Shown here piece after piece: positions 48,348-59,306 of a stretch of 64,000 nucleotides of DNA. How positions within the stretch are numbered: the first letter of the stretch is position 1; every line of letters begins with the position of its first letter. The notes beneath the pieces were generated by a model, which was not told the DNA's origin, searched no databases, and saw only the letters and a list, made by a program, of their open reading frames with translations. Source of the DNA: an uncultured Thermoleophilia bacterium (lineage in GTDB: Bacteria > Actinomycetota > Thermoleophilia > UBA2241); contig CAVOWE010000008.1 in the NCBI GenBank assembly GCA_963700035.1, positions 46,452-110,451 of the forward strand. Reading direction: 5' to 3'. Made by a program: the position numbers and the translations under genes.

Positions 48348-50175
48348 TCAGGTCCCGACGCGCTTCACCCAATCGAGTGGTTCGTAGTGCGATACGAACG
48401 CGTCGCGGAAGAGCACCGCTCCCTGTGCGTCGCGCACCGTGCGCTCGACCTTCACGCTGTGCCCGTCGATGCCGCGTTCCCAGCGCACCACGCCCGGGCC
48501 GAGGTCGGCGTCGTAGATCACCCTCGGGTCCGACTTCCCGTGAGCCGGCTTACGAATATCATAAAAGGGTCCGGTCCTGAAGGTCGCCTCGCGCCCCGTC
48601 TTCCCCACGATGGCGACCGTAAGGTGATCCCCCTGGACCCAGCTGCGGATCATCAGCGGCTTGCCGGTGTCGTTCCTGAACTTGAAGTCGACGGCGCCCC
48701 AGGCCACGGTCGCGTCGCGGCCGATCGGATAGTGCGAGATGTAGAGCGAGTGAGCTTCGCGCTCGACCACGGGCAGGCCCGCCAGGAGCACGGCGTTGAA
48801 CAGCGTCGTCGCATACTGGCAGATGCCGCCGCCGACCCCCTGGCGCAGCACGCCGTCGGCGGCGATCACAGGCGCATAGTCGAAGCCGCGGTTGGTGGTG
48901 CGCGGGCCCATGGCGTCGTTGAGCGAGAAGGTCTGCCCCGGTTCGATGACGCTCCCGTCGACGAGCTTCGCGGCCAGGGCGATGTTACCGGCGCGCGTGG
49001 TGTTGCGCGGGTCGAAGTACGTCACGAACTGGGCGCCGAGGGCAGCGAGGCCCATGGTCTCGACATCGTCGCTGGTCAGCTTGGGCATCGCCGGCTTGAG
49101 GGCCACGAAGACGCTGCGCAGGCCGCCGCCGAGGGCGGTGTCGTCGAGGTCCTCGAGCAGGACCTTCATGTCGAGGACCTCGCCCGCTTTGCTCGGCGTG
49201 ACGGTGATGCCGCCTTCAGGGTGCACCTCGATGAGCGCGTCCACGGGAGGGGTCTCGGCCCACGCGAAGAGCTTGTGCAACTGGGCGGCGGCGCGCTCGT
49301 TGCGAAAGGTCAGCGGGTAGGTGTCGGCGTCGGCGCCCGTATTGACGCTGAGCATGCCGGCCATCTGCCGGGGGCTGAGCACCACGGTCCGCTCTCGGTA
49401 GCGGAGCGTGACCGGGCGCGATAGATACATGGCGGCCGCGCCGGCGCGCGCCTCGGCGTCGGCCGTGCTCACCCGCGGCGGCACGGCCTTCATCGGCACC
49501 GGCCCTGAGTACGCCTTGCCCTGCACGACGCTGGCCTCGATGACACGTTCGAGGGCGACGGCGTCGGCCGTCGTGCCGGCCCTGGACGGCACGACCGTGA
49601 CGCCGTCGCCGCTCGCGGAGATGTCGAGGCGGGCGTCGCGGGCCGGCACGTCGACGGCGGCACGCAGGGCCTCGAGGCCCTGCTGGTAGGCGGCGGCGTC
49701 CACGTGGAACGTCGGGCGCCACGTCTCCCCCGCCCCCCGGCAGCCAGAGCTCGAGGCCGAGGGGCAGCCGGTGACGGCCTCGCGCCAGGGCTGCCTGAGC
49801 GGTCGCCGTCGCGTCCAGGCTCATGCCGAGTTGCGCGAGCGTGAGCGTGAGCGGCTCGCCGGCGCCCGTCTGGAGCCGCACCGCCGACACGCGCGGCACG
49901 AGCTCGCGCGCCAGCGTGTCCCGGGCGGCCGCGACCGTCTGGCCCTGCAGCTCGAGGCCCGCGACGGCGACCCCGTCGCCGATGCGGTCGCGTACCACGA
50001 GCTGCAGGGTCACGGTCCCTGCGACGAGCACGAGGACGACGAGCGCGGCGGTCGCCGGCCAGACATGTCGCCGGTACCACCCGGCGAAGCGTCGTGTCGG
50101 CCCGGCGCGCTGCTCGAGCGGAGCCTCGGGCGCCGCCGCAGATGCGTCAATCGCGCGTGTGATGTGTTGGTCCAT
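48348..50175 (-). pseudogene. VanW-family membrane-anchored protein, one frameshift in C/G homopolymers near 49725-49740
   Basis: N-terminal TM segment is in ORF 49216..50181. The VanW core GGGICQYATTLFNAVLLAGLP...SHYP.GRDATV is in ORF 48348..49703. The junction ...ELWLPGG / ETWRPTFHVDAAAYQQ lies at runs of 5-6 C. Confidence 0.8.
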
Positions 50176-50251
50176 GCCCACTCATTGTACGGCACGGGTT
50201 CGCGACGGGCGCCCGGCGTCCTGCAGACGGCGCTCCCGCCGCGCTCGGATC

Positions 50252-52786
50252 CTACTCGCTGTTGTCGCGGATGACGCCGCGCACGACGTCGAGGAAGCTC
50301 TCGGCGAGACGCTCGGAGTCGGCGTGGTCGGCGCCCTCCGCGTAGACGTGAAAGACCGGCTCGTCGGCGTCGGGCAGGAGCTGCACCCAGCCCCCGTCGC
50401 GCTGCAGCTGGATGCCGTCCACGAGGCTGATCTCGCCGTCGCGGTCGAGGTCGCGCTGCAGGTGCTCGGTGGCCGTGCGCATGACCGTGCCCTTGAGTGA
50501 CCAGGGGCAGGCGACGGTCTTGTGCACGAGGGTGCTGGCGGGGATCTGCGCGATCTGCTCGCTGAGCGGCCCCGCCTGCGGGGCCAGCAGCTCGAGCAGC
50601 TTGCCCAGGCTCATGACGGCATCGAACGCCGGCAGGAACTCGGGGAAGATGTACCCTCCCCCGAGCGAGCCGGCGAAGACCACGCCGTCCTCGGTCGCCG
50701 CCCGCGCCAGGGCCGGCAGCGACACTTTGGCGCGGCGCACCTCGACGCCGAACTCGCCGGCGAGCTGCTCGGCGAGGTGCGTGACGGTGAGCGGGAGCAC
50801 GATCTTCTCGCCCTTGGCGGCGTGCTGGGCCACGAGCTTGACGAACAGCAGCAGAGCCTTCTCGAGCGGCACCTCATGGCCGCGCTCGTCGACGATGTAC
50901 ATGCGCTCCGCCCCGGGGCCGATGATGATGCCCATGTCGGCCTCCATGGTGCGCACCAGGCGCTGCACCTCCTGGATGTTGGTGCCCAGCTCCTCGGCCC
51001 CGAGGCTGGCGTGGCGCTGGTCGTTGAAGGCACGCATCGACAGCACCTCGGCGCCCAGGTCGCCGAGGATGTTGGGCAGCGTGAGTGAGGCCGGCGAGTA
51101 CGAGTAGTCGATCACGAGCCGGTAGGCCCGGCTGCGGATGCGCTCCGCGTCCCAGGCGTTCGTGAGGCCACGGACGTAGGTCTCCATGGCCCTGTCCGGG
51201 AACTCGAGCTCGCCGAACTCGCTGTAGAAGGCGCGGCGGAAGTCCTGGCGGCCGTAGTACTTCTCGATGTCCTTCTGACGGTTCTCGCTGAGACTGACCC
51301 CGGGCGGTTCGAAGACCTGGATCTGGATCATCTCCGGGTCCCAACTGGAGATGCGCACGTGCAGGCCGCCCTGAGAGCTGCCGTTCTTGACCTCGAAACG
51401 GTTGATGGCGCTGCTCGCGACGCGCAGGTCGCGTACCACGACGCCGGTGGAGCTGAGGCCGCAGATGAGGGCGCGCTTGATGACCCGCGACGCCGGATGG
51501 GCGTCGCGGCTCGTGGTCACGCGCGCCCCCTTCTTGAGCATCGTGCCGTAGGCCATGGCGAGGCGCAGGGCCAGCTCGGCAGTGATGTCGACGTTGATGA
51601 GGCCGACGATGCCGTCCTTGCCGAACAGCTGCGAGGTACCGCGCGACTCCCAGATGATGCTGGAGTTGATCTGGGCGCCCGACTCGACCGACTTGAACGG
51701 GTAGATCTTGACGTCGGGAGCGATGAACGCCTGCTCGCCGATCACCGATTCGTCGCCGACCGCCACGCCCTCACTCAGCGTGGCGCCCGCCTTGACGTCG
51801 CAGTTCTTGCCGAGGATCGTGCCGAGCACCTTGGCCGAGGCGCCGACATAGGTGTTGGAGCCGATCACGCTGTGGCGCGTCTCGGCGTGGTCCTTGACGA
51901 CCACGTTGTTGCCGAGCACGGTGTACTTGCCGATGCTGGCCGTCTCGGCGATCTTGGCGTAGTTGCCGATGTAGGCCGGCCCCGTGATGTTCTCGAGGGA
52001 GTCGAGGTTGATGCTCTCGCCGACGAAGATGCGGTGCTGCAGCTCGATGCCGGGGATGCCGGCCGCGACCTTGCCGTCCAGGAGGTCGCAGTTGGCCGTG
52101 AGGTACTGGGGCAGGCTGCCGATGTCCTGCCAGTAGCCTTCGGCGACGTAGCCGTAGAGCGGCGCGCCCATCTCGAAGAGCTTGGGGAACAGGTCCTGGC
52201 TGAAGTCGTACTTCGTGTCGGCGGGGATGTGATCGAACACCTCCGGCTCGAGCACGTAGATGCCGGTGTTCACGGTGTCGCTGAACACCTGGCCCCAGGT
52301 GGGCTTCTCGAGGAAGCGCTCGATGCGGCCTTCCTCGTCGACCACCACGACGCCGAACTCGAGCGGGTTCTCGACACGCTTGAGCGCGATGGTGACCATG
52401 GCGCCGCGCTGCTTGTGGAAGGCGACGATCTCGCCGAGGTCGAAGTCGGTGAGGGCGTCGCCGCTGATGACGAGGAAGGTGTCGTCGTGGAGGTAGTCCT
52501 CGGCCAGCTTGACGCTGCCGGCGGTGCCGGCCGGCGCCTGCTCCACTGAGTACCGCATACTGACGCCGAGGGTGGAGCCGTCGCCGAAGTAGTCGCGGAT
52601 GACCTTGGGCAGGAACATGAGAGTGACGACGGTCTCGTCGAAGCCGTGCTTCTTGAGGAGCTCGACGATGTACTCCATGCAGGGCTTGCCGCACAGCGAC
52701 ACCATCGGCTTGGGCTGGTTGCTGGTAAGCGGCCGCAGGCGGGTGCCTTCGCCGCCGGCCATGACCACTGCGCGCACGGGCCTCAC
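50252..52786 (-). CDS. bifunctional sugar-1-phosphate nucleotidyltransferase (left-handed beta-helix) / phosphomannomutase-phosphoglucomutase-like protein
   Basis: [23 protein letters not shown]-terminus, hexapeptide-repeat middle and an alpha-D-phosphohexomutase-like C-terminal half. The start is ambiguous (GTG 52786, GTG 52777 or ATG 52762). Confidence 0.85.
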   Translation of the reverse strand: MRPVRAVVMAGGEGTRLRPLTSNQPKPMVSLCGKPCMEYIVELLKKHGFDETVVTLMFLPKVIRDYFGDGSTLGVSMRYSVEQAPAGTAGSVKLAEDYLHDDTFLVISGDALTDFDLGEIVAFHKQRGAMVTIALKRVENPLEFGVVVVDEEGRIERFLEKPTWGQVFSDTVNTGIYVLEPEVFDHIPADTKYDFSQDLFPKLFEMGAPLYGYVAEGYWQDIGSLPQYLTANCDLLDGKVAAGIPGIELQHRIFVGESINLDSLENITGPAYIGNYAKIAETASIGKYTVLGNNVVVKDHAETRHSVIGSNTYVGASAKVLGTILGKNCDVKAGATLSEGVAVGDESVIGEQAFIAPDVKIYPFKSVESGAQINSSIIWESRGTSQLFGKDGIVGLINVDITAELALRLAMAYGTMLKKGARVTTSRDAHPASRVIKRALICGLSSTGVVVRDLRVASSAINRFEVKNGSSQGGLHVRISSWDPEMIQIQVFEPPGVSLSENRQKDIEKYYGRQDFRRAFYSEFGELEFPDRAMETYVRGLTNAWDAERIRSRAYRLVIDYSYSPASLTLPNILGDLGAEVLSMRAFNDQRHASLGAEELGTNIQEVQRLVRTMEADMGIIIGPGAERMYIVDERGHEVPLEKALLLFVKLVAQHAAKGEKIVLPLTVTHLAEQLAGEFGVEVRRAKVSLPALARAATEDGVVFAGSLGGGYIFPEFLPAFDAVMSLGKLLELLAPQAGPLSEQIAQIPASTLVHKTVACPWSLKGTVMRTATEHLQRDLDRDGEISLVDGIQLQRDGGWVQLLPDADEPVFHVYAEGADHADSERLAESFLDVVRGVIRDNSE

Positions 52787-52862
52787 CTTCGCTTTCGCCC
52801 GAGTGACGGGGGGGTTGGTCGTGCGGCTATCGTACCAGAGCGCACCGAGCACGGCGCGGGGA

Positions 52863-53423
52863 TCAGGCGGCTGCGCCGCCCTCGCCCCGCGCCTTTCGCA
52901 GCCAGGCGATCGCCTTGTACCCGTACAGCAGGCCGCTGGCCACGTACAGGGTCGCGCCCACGGCGAAGAAGCTCCAGCCGACGACGCGCAGGTCGATGAT
53001 GAACCACTGGATGGCGCAGATGAGGATCAAGTTGCTGGCCTTGCCCCAGCGGCTGATCTGGGGACCCTCGCGCGAGAAGTGAAGCGACGGGACGATCAGC
53101 GCCAGGATGATGCCGTCGCGGATCAGCAGGGGCAGCACGGCCCACCACGGCAGCGTGCCGAAGTACCAGAGCATGGCCACGAGCGTGAAGAAGAAGAGCC
53201 GGTCGACGGTCGGGTCCACCCAGCGGCCGAACTCACTCTGCACGTCGTACTTGCGGGCGATGAGGCCATCGGCCACGTCGCTGAGCGCGGCGAAGAGGAC
53301 GATCCAGGCGGTCGTCCAGGCGGCGCCCGGCGCGTACAGGGAGTAGGTCCAGACGACGAAGGGCAGGGCCAGGAGGCGGGCGACCGTGAGGATATTGGGC
53401 ACGTGGCGCATGAGACGGTGCAT
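52863..53423 (-). CDS. CDP-alcohol phosphatidyltransferase family protein (second copy in the window)
   Basis: [12 protein letters not shown]....[12 protein letters not shown] matches D-x2-DG-x2-AR...G-x3-D-x3-D. Multiple TM helices. Confidence 0.85.
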   Translation of the reverse strand: MHRLMRHVPNILTVARLLALPFVVWTYSLYAPGAAWTTAWIVLFAALSDVADGLIARKYDVQSEFGRWVDPTVDRLFFFTLVAMLWYFGTLPWWAVLPLLIRDGIILALIVPSLHFSREGPQISRWGKASNLILICAIQWFIIDLRVVGWSFFAVGATLYVASGLLYGYKAIAWLRKARGEGGAAA

Positions 53424-53535
53424 GCCGGCGAGTCTAGCAGACGGGGCGGGCGGGCTCCGCAGCCGCCCCTCCCCATCTCCACCGGCACGCGCTGAAGGCC
53501 CGCTGAGGCTGTGCTAGAATACCCGCCTGTACGGT

Positions 53536-53613
53536 CGGCGTGTGGCGCAGCCTGGTTAGCGCACTAGTCTGGGGGACTAGGGGTCGCCAGTTCAAATCTG
53601 GCCACGCCGACCA
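53536..53613 (+). tRNA. tRNA-Pro (anticodon GGG), CCA encoded
   Basis: Cloverleaf read by eye. Acceptor CGGCGTG/CACGCCG, D-arm GGCGCAGCCTGGTTAGCGC, anticodon stem CTAGT/ACTAG with loop CTGGGGG, T-arm GTCGCCAGTTCAAATCTGGC, then ACCA. Confidence 0.9.
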
Positions 53614-53616
53614 TCG

Positions 53617-53644
53617 TCTCTCCCTCTCTCCTCCCTCTCTTCTC
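53617..53644. repeat. 28-nt pure pyrimidine (CT) tract directly after tRNA-Pro
   Basis: tctctccctctctcctccctctcttctc contains no purines. This is unusual low complexity for this GC-rich sequence. Confidence 0.7.
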
Positions 53645-53926
53645 GCGGTCAGTCTGTCCAGACGTGTTTCGCCAACTGGTCCAGGTCGCACCGAAAGTCA
53701 ACGGACCCCCGTGTACAGCGCCGCCGTCGGCGACTACGATGACAGTGCACGAGGCGCCCGGCAGAGATGTGTGGGACGGGGATCTGCCTGCGCCGAGCAA
53801 GGAGCCCGCGCGGTCTCATCGCGCGCACGAAAGGGGGGGATACACCCATTCGTCTCGGCGGCGCCGCGGGCTGCCCGAAGGGCCGGCCCGGCGGTGCTAA
53901 ACAAAGGGCACGAACCTGGAGGCACT

Positions 53927-56273
53927 ATGCGACGCAGTCACCTCAAGAAGCTCGTTGTGGTCGTGTTTCTCACCCTGCTCTTCGTCGCGTTGCCGGCCTC
54001 GGCCGCCCTGGCGGTCGATCCCGATGTCACGTTGACCAAGGGTCCGACGGCGATCGTCAACGGCAGTTGCCTGGGAGCGAACGACATCACCATCTCCAAC
54101 GGTTACTTCGCCATCGCGATCGCCGCCGACACGACGCCGCCCTGGGGCGTGCCCAAGGGCAGCATCCTGGACGGCACCACGATCACGGACGGCGTCTGGG
54201 GCAGGGACAAGCTGACGCTCGTCGACTTCCTGCCGAACGCCTGGGCGGCGTGGCCCAACACCTACCAGACCATCACGGTGGCCAAGGACACGGCCGACCA
54301 GGCCGTCATCACCATCGCGCGGGACTACAACAAACTCGAACTGGTCACCACCATCACCGTGGACCGCGGTAGCCGGTTCGTGAAGATGTCCACGGTCGCC
54401 GCGAACCCCACCGGGAGCGGAGAGACCTACACCGACATCTACTGTGGGTACACCTTCTGCACCAGCGGCGGGTTCATGTTCGGGCCGTACGCGGTGCAGC
54501 CGGGCACCCCCTATCCCAGCGTGAGCGATGCCTACGGCAAGTACGTGCTCGGGTACGACGCCGAGTACTCCATCGGCCTGCACTTCACGAACGCCGACGT
54601 CCATGACGGCGGCACCGGCTGGAAGGACCTCTACGAGAAGAGCACCTTCGCTCCCGGGGCCACGCAGACCTTCGACGCCAGCGTGCAGTTCGAGGACAGC
54701 GCGAGCATCTCGCGGTTCGTCAAGACCGTGATCGACCAGCGCGCGGATCCCAAGGGCACCGTCAGCGGGGCCGTGTCGGCGAGTACGGGCAGCTTCCCCG
54801 AACCACCGATCGTGGTGGTCGAGAAGAACGGCGAGCCCTTCACGTGGGTCGTCGCGGAGGGTGGCACCTACGAGCTCGTCCTCCCCGTCGGAGACTACCA
54901 GCTCTACGGCGTCGCCAAGGGCTTCTCGGCGTCGGACAAGGTCGCCGTGAGCGTCACCGACGCCGGCTCTGCGACGCAGATTTCACCGGCCTGGTCCCGC
55001 AGAGCACCATCACGGCCAAGGTCACCAGCAGCTGCGCAACTCACGTTCACGCCCATCGACGCCAGGATCGCCGTCACCGGCGGCACGCCGCCCCTGGTCG
55101 GCTTCCTCGGCAAGAGCGTCTTCTTCACCGACCTGACGAACGTCGGTACGGCCGAGTTCCAGGCGGCCCCGGGTGAGCTCACCCTCATCGTCACCGCTGG
55201 AGACCACTTCACCTCGAAGGCCGCGAGCGTGCCGATCACTGTGGTCGCCGGGCAGGACCAGCAGGTCAGCGTGACGGTTCCCCGTCTGTTCGACCCGGGC
55301 GCGAGACGCTGGTACAGCGCCGACATGCACCACCACTCGAACATCCTCGACGGCGTTACCTCGCCGGAGTACCTGGTGCGCTCGCAGCTGGCGGCGGGGC
55401 TTGACTTCACGCTCGTCAGCGACCACGACTCGTTCGCCAACAACGCGGAGATACTCGCCCTGTCGGCCTGGCGGACGTACCGTTCATCTCGTCGGACGAG
55501 ATCTCGCCGATCTGGGCGCATTTCAACGTCCTGCCGTTGTCGCTCACGAGCCCGGTGACCATCGATCCTGCCGGCACCGCGCAGCAGATCATCGACGGCG
55601 CCCATGCCGCCGGCATGATGATCACCCTCAACCATCCCTACATCGCTTACGGCTACTTCACTGCCGCCGACGACGGCACGATCCCCGGCGGCTACTACGA
55701 CAAGTTCGACACCATCGAACTGCAGTCGACCGCCGTCACCGAGAGCGGCACCAGCCCCGACGAGCGCACGCTCGCCCGTGACTCTGGGGCTGTGGACGAG
55801 CAGCCTGAGCGGCGAGAATCCGCGGTATTACCTCGTCGGCAGCACCGACACGCACGATGTGTGGTCGAGCATGTCGGGCGCGGTGCGGACCTACGTCAAC
55901 CTCCCGGCGCCACTCGCGAAGAACCAGGGCAACTTCATCAGGGCGCTCAAGGCGGGCCACTCGTATGTGACCGAAGGCCCGCTGGTGCGAGCCCATGGGC
56001 GGCATGATGTTCGGCGACACGGTGAAGGTGCGCGGGAAAGTGCCGGTCGTGCCGTTCGGTCTGCGCCTGAGCGCCGTGGACGGGCTGAAGTCGATCACGG
56101 TCCTCAAGCAGGGCGAGGGAGTGAAGACGAAGACGTTCAAGGAAGGCACCGAAACTGCGGTCGCGCACTTCAAACTCAAGACGACCGCGAAGACCTGGTT
56201 CTCGTTCATCATCGAAGACCAGGACGGCCACCGGGCCGTGACCAACCCCATCTGGACGCGGATGGTCAAGTAG
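53927..56273 (+). pseudogene. secreted CehA/McbA-family (PHP-domain) metallohydrolase-like protein, about five frameshifts
   Basis: Signal peptide MRRSHLKKLVVVVFLTLLFVALPASAALA. PHP motifs WYSADMHHHSN and LVSDHDS. The continuation is found in ORFs 55537, 55778 and 55995 in other frames. Shifts lie near 54975, 55030, 55468, 55775 and 55990. Confidence 0.7.
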
Positions 56274-56296
56274 CCTCGTACATCATCGAACGCCTG

Positions 56297-56328
56297 GAGA
56301 GGGCTGCCTCGTCAGAGGCAGCCCTCTC
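56297..56328. terminator. bidirectional hairpin between convergent genes
   Basis: GAGAGGGCTGCCTC-gtca-GAGGCAGCCCTCTC is a perfect 14-bp stem followed by TCTTC. Confidence 0.6.
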
Positions 56329-56362
56329 TCTTCACCGACTGCCGGGGCGGCTTCCCGCGGCT

Positions 56363-57904
56363 TCACTCGCCACGCGATTCGCGCTCGGAGCGCTCCATGA
56401 TGCGGACGATCTCTCGAATCTGTTCGGCGGTGGCCTCCTCCTTCTGTAACTGCCAGAAGCGCTCCCAGGAGGCCTTGTCCCGTTTCTCGGCCTGGTCCGC
56501 GAGATCGGAGCCCTTGGACGAGCCCCCGAAACGGCTGCGTCGATAGGCGCGCGCGAACTCCTTGAGCGCCGCCCGCCTCAGTCGTACCGCGCTTCGCCAG
56601 AGAACGTGCAATCGGTCGAAACGGGAGCTCGGGCTCTCGAGCGCGAGGAGCTTCGCGAAGTAGGCGTCTCCCTCTCGAAAGAACGATTCGGCTCTCTCGA
56701 TCGAAGCCTTCGTGAACTGTTGGCTGCGCATGTCGGCCAGTTCGGCCTGGAGGGCGAGTGACCGCCCCTCCATGGTGTAGAACGAGCCGCGATACTGCTG
56801 CCGCACGTAGGGCGCCGCGTACGCCATCTCGTCGTCGCTGAAACCTGCATCCGCCAGCCGCGGAAGGAGCAGCCCTGCGGCGACCATCGCGGCGAGGAGC
56901 GCGATCGCCAGAGGGACCACGACCCAGACGGCCTTCGAGCGCTTTGGCGGCGGCGGCGCGCGCGACTGGCGGCGTCGCGCCGCGGCGGCGCGACGCCCTG
57001 GCGCCGACTGCTCCAGCGTGCCGTAGTAGCCTCCGTCGGCATCTACCTGCACGAGACGCCGCCGTGGGACCGGCATGCACAACAGGCAGCCGAGAGCGCC
57101 GAACGGCGTGGCCCCAAGCGCCACCCACCCCCCGGCGGCGATCTCGAGTCCTGCCGTGGAACCGATCCGCTGGAGGTTGACGGCGATCACGACGGCCGCG
57201 CCCAGCCAGACGAGCGCGGCCATCAACGTCCGCGCCACCCCCCATACCATGGGCTTGTACGCACCGCGAGCGCCGTACGTCTTGCGATTCTGCCGCCAGC
57301 GCTCGCGCCACTGGCGTCTCGTCAGGGTCCGCCCGCCGCGCGGCCGCTGGTTCGTGCCGGCGCGCCACAGAAGAAGCCCCACGGCGAGCACAACGACGAA
57401 GGGGAGCAGGAGCGGGCCTCGATAGACGAGGACGACCACGGAGCCGGTCCCCTCGGCCCACTGCGTGAACCACGCGGCTGCGAGCAACACGATGAAGGCG
57501 ATGGAGTTGAGCGCCGTCCCTACCATCGCCCGTGGCAGCAGCGGCTGCCACAGGCGCACCTCCGGCGGCGCGGTCGCGGGAGCGGGTGCCGGCGCCGGAG
57601 CGGTCGCGGCAGCGGAGGCCGGCGATGGTGGCGCGGTCGCGCCATCCGCTGCTCCCGGCGGCGCGGGTGGCGCCGCGCCGGCGAGGCCGACGGGCGGTCC
57701 CATGGGTCGGCCGTGCTCGCGTACATCGATGACGGGGCGGCCGCAGGTCGAACATGCGTCGTGCGCGTCGACGGGGTTCACGGCGTGACACGCGCTGCAG
57801 TACCCCTTGCGCGTGACCTCGAACGTGGCGCCGCACTGCGCGCACACCGTGGCGGCGGGAGGGATCTCCCCGCCACACCATGGGCAGAATCGTGGCTCCG
57901 CCAC
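56363..57904 (-). CDS. zinc-ribbon membrane protein of unknown function
   Basis: 513 aa. N-terminal CPWCG..CAQCG and CSACH..CSTCG ribbons, a Pro/Ala-rich linker, several TM helices and a helical Arg/Glu-rich C-terminal domain. GTG start. Confidence 0.65.
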   Translation of the reverse strand: MAEPRFCPWCGGEIPPAATVCAQCGATFEVTRKGYCSACHAVNPVDAHDACSTCGRPVIDVREHGRPMGPPVGLAGAAPPAPPGAADGATAPPSPASAAATAPAPAPAPATAPPEVRLWQPLLPRAMVGTALNSIAFIVLLAAAWFTQWAEGTGSVVVLVYRGPLLLPFVVVLAVGLLLWRAGTNQRPRGGRTLTRRQWRERWRQNRKTYGARGAYKPMVWGVARTLMAALVWLGAAVVIAVNLQRIGSTAGLEIAAGGWVALGATPFGALGCLLCMPVPRRRLVQVDADGGYYGTLEQSAPGRRAAAARRRQSRAPPPPKRSKAVWVVVPLAIALLAAMVAAGLLLPRLADAGFSDDEMAYAAPYVRQQYRGSFYTMEGRSLALQAELADMRSQQFTKASIERAESFFREGDAYFAKLLALESPSSRFDRLHVLWRSAVRLRRAALKEFARAYRRSRFGGSSKGSDLADQAEKRDKASWERFWQLQKEEATAEQIREIVRIMERSERESRGE

Positions 57905-57950
57905 TGCCTGCCTCCCCGGCGAAGGCTGGTTCCGGGCCTAGGTTCCGGGC

Positions 57951-58736
57951 CTACACTTTCACCCAGAACATGCGCCACGCGGAGGCCTGGCGCGGATGCA
58001 TCTCGTCGGCGAGGTGGACGGCGCGCACGCGCCAGCGGATCTTGCCGGAGCCCCAGCCGTAGAAGCTGTACTCCACCTGGTAACGCGTGAAGCCCTGATA
58101 GTCCTCGTTTGAGGCCGAGACCTTGCCGCCGGCCCGCCAGCGACCTTTGCTGTACTTCTGGAACTCGACACTCACCGACGTGTCTTCGGCGAAGTGCAGC
58201 GGGCGCAGCGTGCCGTACGACGTGTAGGTGTGGTTCGTGCGGACGGTGCCCGGCACGGCGGGGGCGGTGATGCTGACGCGCGACGCCGGAGACTGGACGT
58301 CGACCGTGAAGTGGTAGGACCCGGTCGCCTCGGGCGCGCCGATGCAGAACACGTTGAGGTAGTACGTGCCCCCGGCGCCCGGCGGAACGACGTACTTGAT
58401 GCTCTCCGTGCCGGAATAGTGCATGGCCGTCACGACCGCGGCGCTCTTGTGGGAGATGTCGGTGGTGCCGGGCGCCCACAGGCAGAGGTCGAAGTCTTCG
58501 CCCTCTGCGGAGTACATGGTCACGATGATCTGCTGACCGTCGCCGACGAACACGCTCCACATGTCCTCGTAGTCGGGCCCCACGAGCGTGCCGTACTCGA
58601 CGCCGCCCGTCACGGGGACGGGCACAGGCATCGTCCCGTGCGCCGCCTCAGCGACCGCGGGCCTCGCGGCGCTCGCTGCCACCGCGAGCAGACACATGAG
58701 AACGAGAAGAACGACCGGCTTGCGCATGTCCCCCAC
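57951..58736 (-). CDS. secreted protein with a pre-peptidase C-terminal (PPC)-like domain, function unknown
   Basis: Signal peptide MRKPVVLLVLMCLLAVAASAARPAVAEA. GGTYYLNVFC...TGSYHFTVDV resembles PPC beta-sandwich domains (by eye). Confidence 0.6.
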   Translation of the reverse strand: MGDMRKPVVLLVLMCLLAVAASAARPAVAEAAHGTMPVPVPVTGGVEYGTLVGPDYEDMWSVFVGDGQQIIVTMYSAEGEDFDLCLWAPGTTDISHKSAAVVTAMHYSGTESIKYVVPPGAGGTYYLNVFCIGAPEATGSYHFTVDVQSPASRVSITAPAVPGTVRTNHTYTSYGTLRPLHFAEDTSVSVEFQKYSKGRWRAGGKVSASNEDYQGFTRYQVEYSFYGWGSGKIRWRVRAVHLADEMHPRQASAWRMFWVKV

Positions 58737-58891
58737 CCCCTACGACGAAGTCCGCCTGCCCCAGCAGGCCGATACGCTCGAGTCTCCCGCCTCGCCGAGC
58801 GTCACAGACGCGTTCGAGACCTCGTGCTACGATGCCCCAGGCGCGTCAGTCCCGCTTCGCGCGACGGATGCACACAGTCAGGAGATCGACC

Positions 58892-59260
58892 GTGGTGGAT
58901 AGAGACAGGGTAACGCGGATCCTCCTCGTCGTCTACGCCGCCGGCAGCGTTGCCGTCGCCGCCCCGCTCCTGCTCGACGTCGGACACGCAGGTGATCTGG
59001 CGGATACCACGTCGGGCAAGATACTCGCCGCGGCCCTCGTCGCCATGGGGTTGGGCGCCCTGGCCGCGGCCCGCGACCCCTGGCGCAACCGCCTCATGAT
59101 CCAGGTGATCATAGGTTTCACGGCACTGGCGTCGCTGGCGATCGCCTACCGACTCGCGTTCGAGGACCATCCCGCCTACCCCACGGTGGCTCTTCTCCCG
59201 CTCGCTGTCGCGGCCCCTGTCCTTCTTGCGCTCTTCTACCCCCGCCGGCCCAGCGGATGA
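58892..59260 (+). CDS. small integral membrane protein, function unknown
   Basis: GTG 58892 lies 6 nt after AGGAGA. About four hydrophobic helices. Confidence 0.5.
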   Translation: MVDRDRVTRILLVVYAAGSVAVAAPLLLDVGHAGDLADTTSGKILAAALVAMGLGALAAARDPWRNRLMIQVIIGFTALASLAIAYRLAFEDHPAYPTVALLPLAVAAPVLLALFYPRRPSG

Positions 59261-59306
59261 CTCCAACAGGACTATTCCCGGCGGCCGGCGGGTAACAGGA
59301 GTGACC

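Noticed and set aside
48333-48350. TGAAGC-tccccc-GCTTCA hairpin formed by the convergent mglA and vanW stop codons, as a terminator.
   Set aside because: It has only a 6-bp stem and no U-tract on either strand, which is too weak to call. It may still contribute to termination.
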